From Deltaproteobacteria bacterium (lineage in GTDB: Bacteria; Myxococcota_A; UBA796; SXON01), in contig BJHF01000016.1 of assembly GCA_014191855.1 (NCBI GenBank), positions 11,020 to 75,019 of the forward strand: a stretch of 64,000 nt of DNA, in the 5' to 3' direction. A program made the translations under genes and the position numbers. The notes beneath the pieces are model-generated. The model worked only from the letters and a program-made list of their open reading frames with translations, was not told the origin of the DNA and did no database searches. Below, piece after piece: positions 58,057 through 64,000 of this stretch; positions within the stretch are counted from its first letter, which is position 1, and every line of letters begins with the position of its first letter.

Positions 58057-59708
58057 GGTGCGTCTCCGACATAGCTGAGCCAGGCCGCTCGGGCGGTTTC
58101 GGCGTCGGCCGCTCCCGAAACCGCAAACGCCACGACGTGATCGCCCATGTCTACGGACTCGGCCGGCGCGGGATCCACCGCCGCGAGGGCGGAGAGGATC
58201 CGGGCGCGGTCGGAGGGGCGAAATACATCCGGGTGCAGCGCGATCGTGGAGTAACCAAAACTGGCGAGCTGGGCGCGAACAACCTCGGCTTCGCCATCAA
58301 GGAGCGCCGATGTAATCGCCGCGGTAAGCACCGCGCGGGGGCTCTCGACGCCGGGGCTCAGCAGGCACAGCTCCCCCGTCGGGCGCCCGTGGCTCGCTTG
58401 GTAGAAGCAGTTCGTGTTGGTGACGCGAAGATCCCAGCCCGGCTCCGGCGCAAGGTCGGTGGGCCAGAGGTCGAACACCGGGCCGCTCGCGGCGTTGTAC
58501 GCCGAGGGTGCACCGCCAGGGGAACGAAGCTGGCGCCAGGGGAGGCGCGGACCGGCGTACACCTCAACCAACGCCAGCAGGAGCAGCGGCCACGCGGCCC
58601 GGCCAGCGCGATCGTGCAGCTCGGTCGCGACACGGCCCGCGATCACGCCGCCTGCGAGCACCCACGTCCAGCCCAACCGCTCCGGAAAACGACCGAAGGC
58701 GGCTCGCAAGGAGGCCAGGGCGCCGGCGCGCGAGACCGGCACGAATTCCGCCATGCTGTCCCACGGGAGCGGAATGAGGGCGAGGAACAGCGCGACCACC
58801 GCGGTGATGAACAGCGCCCGCACGCGCCAGTCGCGCCGAGCCACGACCGGGCTCACGAGGAAGCAGCCCAGCATCACCGAGGAGAACCACGCCGTCTGGC
58901 TGCGACCGTCGATGTCGACGGAGGGCGCGGGCGCCGTGTGCAGCAGCAAGCGCTCGCTCACCGTAGAGAGGCCGCCCATCCCCGTGGGCGGCACTGCATC
59001 GCCAGTTGCGTGGCTGAAGAACGCCGCCGCGTACACCACGGCGAGCAGGCCCACCGCCGCGCCAGCCGCCGCCACGGGCCGAAGGCTCGCGACGCCGGCC
59101 GCACGAGCCCCCGCGAGCAGCCCGACGACCAGCACCGCCGCGGCCAAGCCATGCCAGGCCGAGGTTGCCAGGGCGAGGGCAAAGGCGCCAGCGGCGAGCA
59201 GCCCATCGCGCGGGGTGCCTTCCCGCCCTACCGCCCGCATCCACGCCAACCCGCACAGGGGGAGCCACGGGTCGGCGAGATGGTAGGGATATCCCTCGAT
59301 CCACGCCGTTGCGGCGAGGCCCGAGAACGCATACGCGAGGCCCGCAATCAGCGACCACGGTGCTTTGGCCCCGAGGCTCCGCGAAAAGGCTTCGGCCGCC
59401 CAGGCGGATGCGATCACGCCAAACACCGCCACCAGCCCGACCAGCCGCGTCGCCGTCAGAAAAGAACCGATCACACCGGCGAACAGCAACGTCCAGCTAT
59501 CGGGCCGGGTGTAGTCGGCGCCCAGCGGCCAGCCCGTGAGCGGGTCGTGCAGCGAGGGCAGGAGCCGCCCGGCGGCGGAGACGAACCACACGGTGCCGAG
59601 CGCGTCGGCCCGGCGGCCCAACAGGTCGGCGGTGAAGGGCGCGGGCCAGAGCCACGCAAGCGCCAGGAGGGAAAAAACGGCGGGCGTCCACCACGGTCGC
59701 CACGTCAT
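58053..59708 (-). CDS. YfhO-like GT-C polytopic membrane protein, 551 aa
   Basis: WPLG, RFPER, YQASHGRP motifs; ATGA overlap with the upstream gene. Confidence 0.7.
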   Translation of the reverse strand: MTWRPWWTPAVFSLLALAWLWPAPFTADLLGRRADALGTVWFVSAAGRLLPSLHDPLTGWPLGADYTRPDSWTLLFAGVIGSFLTATRLVGLVAVFGVIASAWAAEAFSRSLGAKAPWSLIAGLAYAFSGLAATAWIEGYPYHLADPWLPLCGLAWMRAVGREGTPRDGLLAAGAFALALATSAWHGLAAAVLVVGLLAGARAAGVASLRPVAAAGAAVGLLAVVYAAAFFSHATGDAVPPTGMGGLSTVSERLLLHTAPAPSVDIDGRSQTAWFSSVMLGCFLVSPVVARRDWRVRALFITAVVALFLALIPLPWDSMAEFVPVSRAGALASLRAAFGRFPERLGWTWVLAGGVIAGRVATELHDRAGRAAWPLLLLALVEVYAGPRLPWRQLRSPGGAPSAYNAASGPVFDLWPTDLAPEPGWDLRVTNTNCFYQASHGRPTGELCLLSPGVESPRAVLTAAITSALLDGEAEVVRAQLASFGYSTIALHPDVFRPSDRARILSALAAVDPAPAESVDMGDHVVAFAVSGAADAETARAAWLSYVGDAP

Positions 59709-60205
59709 CTGGAGCCCGGGCTCCGCCCCACGAGCCACGCCACGTACGCCAGCACGAGCCCTGTCCACCCGATTGCGGCGCCGACGCGGGCCAGATCGGC
59801 CGCTTCGGCGGAGCGCGACGACCACGCGGTAGCGACCCGACGCACGGTCGGCGGCGTTTCCGAGGACACCGTGTAAGCAAGGTCGTTTTCCCCCTCCCCC
59901 ACCACCTCGTTGAACGCGCCAAGTGTCGTGACCGTGCCTGCCGCGGAACGCAGCCCGAGGCGGACGGGAAGCAGCCGAACGTCGTCGCCCGACCATCGAC
60001 CTACGAACACGCCATCCCCAGCTTTGTCCATGGTGATCGACCCATCGTCCACCAGCGGGAGCGAACGATCCTCGCCCAGCCACGTGGTCATGGCCACCGG
60101 TTGCATTCCGGCGGGGAAGTTCGTGAGCTGTAGCTGCACCGTCACGCTCGTGGTCTCCCCCGCGTGTGCGAGCATCGCCCCGAGCAAAATCGTGAGTCCA
60201 AGCAC
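59705..60205 (-). CDS. Small secreted protein with choice-of-anchor-X-like motif and C-terminal TM, 166 aa
   Basis: AHA signal; LVDDGSITMDKAGDGVFVG. Confidence 0.7.
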   Translation of the reverse strand: MLGLTILLGAMLAHAGETTSVTVQLQLTNFPAGMQPVAMTTWLGEDRSLPLVDDGSITMDKAGDGVFVGRWSGDDVRLLPVRLGLRSAAGTVTTLGAFNEVVGEGENDLAYTVSSETPPTVRRVATAWSSRSAEAADLARVGAAIGWTGLVLAYVAWLVGRSPGSR

Positions 60206-60245
60206 GCCGGGGACTCTACCACGGCGGAAGTGATAGACTCACGAC

Positions 60246-61313
60246 GTGTCTCCGCCCGACACCACCCCTGCGCCCCGGCGCCGGCGCAAGCTGCGTCGAA
60301 ACCTTCTCTTTGGCGCGATCGTCACGATTGTGGTCCTCTACCTCCTCGAGGTCGGGCTCCGCCTGGCCGGGGTGCAGCCGGCCTACCAGGCGGACGCAGT
60401 GGGCGGGTGGCGCATGCTGCCCCGCGTCACCAACTCGACGATGCGCGGCCACGAAGGCACATCGTTCACCCTCACCACCAACGACGATGGCCTGCGAACC
60501 ACCTTGCGAAAGGCGCGGACGCCTGGGGTGAAGCGCGTCGCCCTCCTCGGCGACTCCACGACGTTCGGCTGGGGCGTGAACAACGGGGAGACGCTGGCGG
60601 ACGGTCTCCAGGCCGGGCTGGACGCGGCGGGCGAGCGCGTGGAGGTCATGAACGCCGGGCAGCCCGGGTACTCCACGACCCAGATGGTCGCGCTCTACGA
60701 CCGAGCGGTCCATCTCTACCAGCCCGACGTCATGATCGTTTTCGTCCCGATGCACGACAACAATCAAGTGCTGGTCTCGGATCGCGAGTACCTGAACGGC
60801 GCCAGCGGCCCGCTCGCCGGCATCCGGGTGCTGCTCGCGGAGAACTCGCGGATCTACCAGGTGCTCCGGCAGCGGGTGTACCCGTTGAGCCACGAGGCCT
60901 CGCTGGTTCCCGGGCGCGACAAGAGCGCAGAGCTGCGTGTGCCGCGGGTTTCGGACCGCGAGCGCGACAACAACTTCGATCACCTGCGCGAATCCCTCTC
61001 CGAAACGGGTGGAATCGTGGCCATCGGGCACCTGCCCTTCCTCGCAGACCTGCTCGGAGAAGCGAACGAAGTCCGCTTTTCGGAGCCCTGGGGCGCGGCG
61101 TACAGCGCCCGCACCGGCGCGCCGATCGTGGACCTACGGGCGTGCTGCGCCGGGCAGGGCGGGGAGGCGTTGGTCCTGCCGCTCGACCCGGGCCACCTCA
61201 ACGCTGCGGGGAATCGGCTGGTCGGTGCCGCGGCGGTGCCGCCCGTTCGCGAGCTGCTCGCTCAGTTCTCCGCAGCCGGCAGCACCGACGCAACGGCGGA
61301 GTCCAACCGATAG
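60246..61313 (+). CDS. SGNH/GDSL hydrolase-family protein with N-terminal TM, 355 aa
   Basis: GDSTTFGWG, NAGQPGYST, DPGHLN. Confidence 0.88.
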   Translation: MSPPDTTPAPRRRRKLRRNLLFGAIVTIVVLYLLEVGLRLAGVQPAYQADAVGGWRMLPRVTNSTMRGHEGTSFTLTTNDDGLRTTLRKARTPGVKRVALLGDSTTFGWGVNNGETLADGLQAGLDAAGERVEVMNAGQPGYSTTQMVALYDRAVHLYQPDVMIVFVPMHDNNQVLVSDREYLNGASGPLAGIRVLLAENSRIYQVLRQRVYPLSHEASLVPGRDKSAELRVPRVSDRERDNNFDHLRESLSETGGIVAIGHLPFLADLLGEANEVRFSEPWGAAYSARTGAPIVDLRACCAGQGGEALVLPLDPGHLNAAGNRLVGAAAVPPVRELLAQFSAAGSTDATAESNR

Positions 61314-63022
61314 ATCCGCAGGCCGTCGCCATCGTGGGTAACGGTCGCGGTGAGGTCGAGGAACCGCAGCACCTTCGGAAGCTGGCTCGCCGGGTAATCG
61401 GCTTTGTGCACCACGATCCAACGCATCCCCATGTCGACCAGGGAGGCGCGGCCCAGCTCCAGGTCCAGCAGGGGGCGGCGCTCTCCGAGGAGCGTGACCT
61501 GGCTGCGCTCGAGCTCAAGTAGATACTGCGTGTATCGGTTGTAGAACAGGACCTTCGGCGTCGGCTCGTTCAGCCCGAATGGAACGGGCTGCCGATGCGC
61601 CAACTGGTCGATCAGGAACCGGGAGCGCGCGAGGATGGGAACGCCGACAGGTAGATCAAGCACCGCGCCGCCCTCAAGTTGCGCGAGCACGGCTGGGGGC
61701 GACACCACCGTCGTCACCAGCGGAAACACGGCGGATGAGGCGCAGGTGGTCTCGAACAGGCGTAGCGCGGCCACGATCCCCACGTAGAACGCAACGTCGC
61801 CGCCGCGGTGCCGAACTCCGCGCACCGACAGTGCGGCGAGCACGGAGAGCGCCAGGGAGAGGCCCACGACGAAGCGGTAGGCGTGCGAGATGCGCGAAAA
61901 CATCGGAAACCACTTGAACAACGCCAGGAACGGTAGGGGAACCCAGCCACCGACCGCCTGAACGTAGTCCCCCCTGAAATACAAAAACGGTCCGAGCGCG
62001 AACAGCGCAAACACCGCCGCCGCCGAGAGCCACACCCGACCCGGGCCCCGGACTCGCGCGGTCCACGCGCCGATCGCGGCGGGGATGAGCAGCGCGTAGC
62101 CCACGTAGACGACGACGATCAGGTCCTCGCCGAACACCAGCTTCAGGTCGGGGGAGTAGAAGCGACCGGGGTGCAGGAGCGCCATCAGGTCGGTCATGTT
62201 GTGGAGGATGAGCGTCTTCCACACGAAGTCGGGGTCGCGCGTGACCAGCGCGTCGTCGGCCGACATCGACGCTGCAAACAAGGAGAACGGCGGGGCCGCG
62301 ATCGCAAGAAACACACCGGCCGCGGTCGCGACCGGCGCCACGAAGGTGCGGAGGGTCGGGCCATTACCGGAACGCGCATCCGACCATGCCCGCACCGCAA
62401 GGATGATGCCGAAGATACCGGCAAAGAGCCCATAGTACCAGTTGAACAGCGTGGCAACCGCCTGCAGCGCCCCCGCGACCGCACCCCGCTTCACCGTCGG
62501 CCCCTCCAACACGTCCACCAGCGCCGCCAACGCGAAGGGCAGCCAGCCCACGGCCAACGTTTCCGAGATGCCGTTGTAGGCCTGGCCGAGGAGCTGTGGG
62601 GTGGCCATGAAGCACAATCCCGCCAGCCAACCGCCCGGCGCGCTCCCGCTCACACGACGACCGAGCCGTTCGGCGCCGACTCCGGCGAACCAGAAATTGA
62701 ACAGGTTCGCGGCGTTGTAGGCCGCCACCGGCCCCCAAAGCACGTTCACCGGGAGCGTGAGCACCACGTCAAAAAGGTCGATGAACCAGAGGGATCCGCC
62801 TGCGGGCCACGAGAGCAGCGCCGTGTGGGTGGGGAGCTCTCCCGCGAGGAGGGAGGCAGCTACCCAGGCGTAGCCCCAGACATGGTTCCCGACGTCGTTA
62901 CCGGGGTGGCCCAACGCCAGATGGGTGGGATCCGCCGCGACGGGCCAGCAGAACCATGCGGCGACCATTGCGTAGCTCACGTACGCGAGGAGGAGCGGCG
63001 GGATCCGTGCGATGCCCAGCAT
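61262..63022 (-). CDS. YfhO-like GT-C polytopic membrane protein, about 586 aa
   Basis: ND...H.W, WPAGG, NWYYG, LALGP-like, SRISHAYRF, VLDLP, QLAHRQP. Confidence 0.75.
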   Translation of the reverse strand: MLGIARIPPLLLAYVSYAMVAAWFCWPVAADPTHLALGHPGNDVGNHVWGYAWVAASLLAGELPTHTALLSWPAGGSLWFIDLFDVVLTLPVNVLWGPVAAYNAANLFNFWFAGVGAERLGRRVSGSAPGGWLAGLCFMATPQLLGQAYNGISETLAVGWLPFALAALVDVLEGPTVKRGAVAGALQAVATLFNWYYGLFAGIFGIILAVRAWSDARSGNGPTLRTFVAPVATAAGVFLAIAAPPFSLFAASMSADDALVTRDPDFVWKTLILHNMTDLMALLHPGRFYSPDLKLVFGEDLIVVVYVGYALLIPAAIGAWTARVRGPGRVWLSAAAVFALFALGPFLYFRGDYVQAVGGWVPLPFLALFKWFPMFSRISHAYRFVVGLSLALSVLAALSVRGVRHRGGDVAFYVGIVAALRLFETTCASSAVFPLVTTVVSPPAVLAQLEGGAVLDLPVGVPILARSRFLIDQLAHRQPVPFGLNEPTPKVLFYNRYTQYLLELERSQVTLLGERRPLLDLELGRASLVDMGMRWIVVHKADYPASQLPKVLRFLDLTATVTHDGDGLRIYRLDSAVASVLPAAEN

Positions 63023-63036
63023 GGTACCATGCGAGC

Positions 63037-63921
63037 GTGGTGCCCTGGACCTTCCTCCTCGCGTTCGCCGCCTGCAAGATCACGGCAGACGATCTTGCGG
63101 CGGTTCCAACCATCCCCGCGGCGGATCTGGTGGCGCCGCCGCCATCCGCGGCCGGCGCCGGCCAGGAGCGGCTGTTTCAGTTGTTGTACGCAGGCGAATC
63201 CAGCGACGTAGCCTGGGAACTTGGCCAACGGGTGCGGGTGCGCGCCTGGTTGAGCAGCATCCACCTCCGAGAGGCGGAGATGGAGGGGTTCAAGCGCATC
63301 GTGGGAGAGGTGCTCGCCGCCGTGCAGGCCGCCGAAACGGAAGAGCACACCCTTGAAAGCGCAGAATTGGCATCCCTGGGGCCGGTGTACCAGGATCTCG
63401 AAGCGCGACTCGAATCGGGGAGCGAGGTCACCGACGAGGAGTATGCGCGGTTCGCGGAGAGGCTCTCCGCGGCGCGGGTGGCTGCCCACGGGGACCTACC
63501 CCCCGAGGCCGCGCGGCAGGAGCGCGTGCGGGCGCTGCTCGACATCGTGGCGCGGTGGCAGGGTCAGCTCCCCCACGACACCCAGATCAAGCTCTCAGAA
63601 GCCAGGTTCTTCCTGGTGCGGCGCGCGAGCCCCTTTGGAAATCCCGGCGCGTACCACGCGCTCGTGGGCCTGGACTGGGATGGCGGCGAGTTCAGCTCGC
63701 TCAGCGAAACCGAAGCGCCGGCCGACCAGAAGCAGATGGACATCGGCGGGCTTTGGGCACTGGAAAAACTACGGGCCCCGCCCGGCAAGTACCTGTCCGC
63801 ACGCCAGATTCAGGCGATCATCGTGCTCGCCGCGCTCGAGCCGGCGCTCACGGAGGTGCTTGGCCCCACTTCCCAATCACCAGCGCCAGCTCCGGCTCCC
63901 CCGGGCCCGACTCCGCGGTAA
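63037..63921 (+). CDS. Hypothetical helical lipoprotein, 294 aa
   Basis: FLLAFAAC lipobox; TACCAT 6 nt upstream of the GTG. Confidence 0.7.
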   Translation: MVPWTFLLAFAACKITADDLAAVPTIPAADLVAPPPSAAGAGQERLFQLLYAGESSDVAWELGQRVRVRAWLSSIHLREAEMEGFKRIVGEVLAAVQAAETEEHTLESAELASLGPVYQDLEARLESGSEVTDEEYARFAERLSAARVAAHGDLPPEAARQERVRALLDIVARWQGQLPHDTQIKLSEARFFLVRRASPFGNPGAYHALVGLDWDGGEFSSLSETEAPADQKQMDIGGLWALEKLRAPPGKYLSARQIQAIIVLAALEPALTEVLGPTSQSPAPAPAPPGPTPR

Positions 63922-64000
63922 CGCGCCCGTCGGCCGACATGGCCTCCACGCGTACGTGAGGGTGTCCGGCTGGAATCTCGAAGACGAACTCCGTCTGCCC
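63848..64000 (-). CDS. 3' end of a CDS continuing beyond the window
   Basis: Open frame GQTEFVFEIPAGHPHVRVEAMSADG...APP-stop. Confidence 0.45.
   Translation of the reverse strand, partial: GQTEFVFEIPAGHPHVRVEAMSADGRVTAESGPGEPELALVIGKWGQAPP

Overview
Dense, high-GC (roughly 70% by eye) bacterial chromosomal segment with about 54 CDS. No rRNA, tRNA, CRISPR, transposase or phage genes are recognisable. A MYXO-CTERM-like tail, many DCDD-type 'putative metal-binding' (MopE-like) repeats and a Ser/Thr kinase suggest a Myxococcota-like organism (inference). Housekeeping content: pstSCAB, a stand-alone rpsD, ftsH, a UbiD-family decarboxylase, an acyl-CoA dehydrogenase, a swivel-first fused aconitase-family enzyme, MscS, a polyprenyl glycosylphosphotransferase and an amidase. 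The rest is mostly cell-envelope genes: a 1923-aa repeat lipoprotein ending in a C-type lectin, four SGNH hydrolases, four or five GT-C-like polytopic proteins and many lipoproteins. Main observations: (1) ultra-short signal peptides without basic residues (MLxLLLA-C) followed by D-S/T-A/G-rich tethers, with several starts supported by TAnnnT boxes 6-7 nt upstream (leaderless pattern); (2) a 45-aa DltX/PatC-like membrane peptide coupled to two SGNH genes; (3) a GT-C/SGNH/choice-of-anchor-X cluster, plus a ~75-bp element repeated upstream of two GT-C genes; (4) an in-frame TAG inside an otherwise intact EAL domain; (5) a perfect Bacillus-FadR-type operator before the acyl-CoA dehydrogenase; (6) a tandem defensin-like lipoprotein; (7) a REP/MITE-like repeat cluster. 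All family calls come from motif recognition by eye; no searches were run. Several start codons were re-assigned relative to the ORF track.
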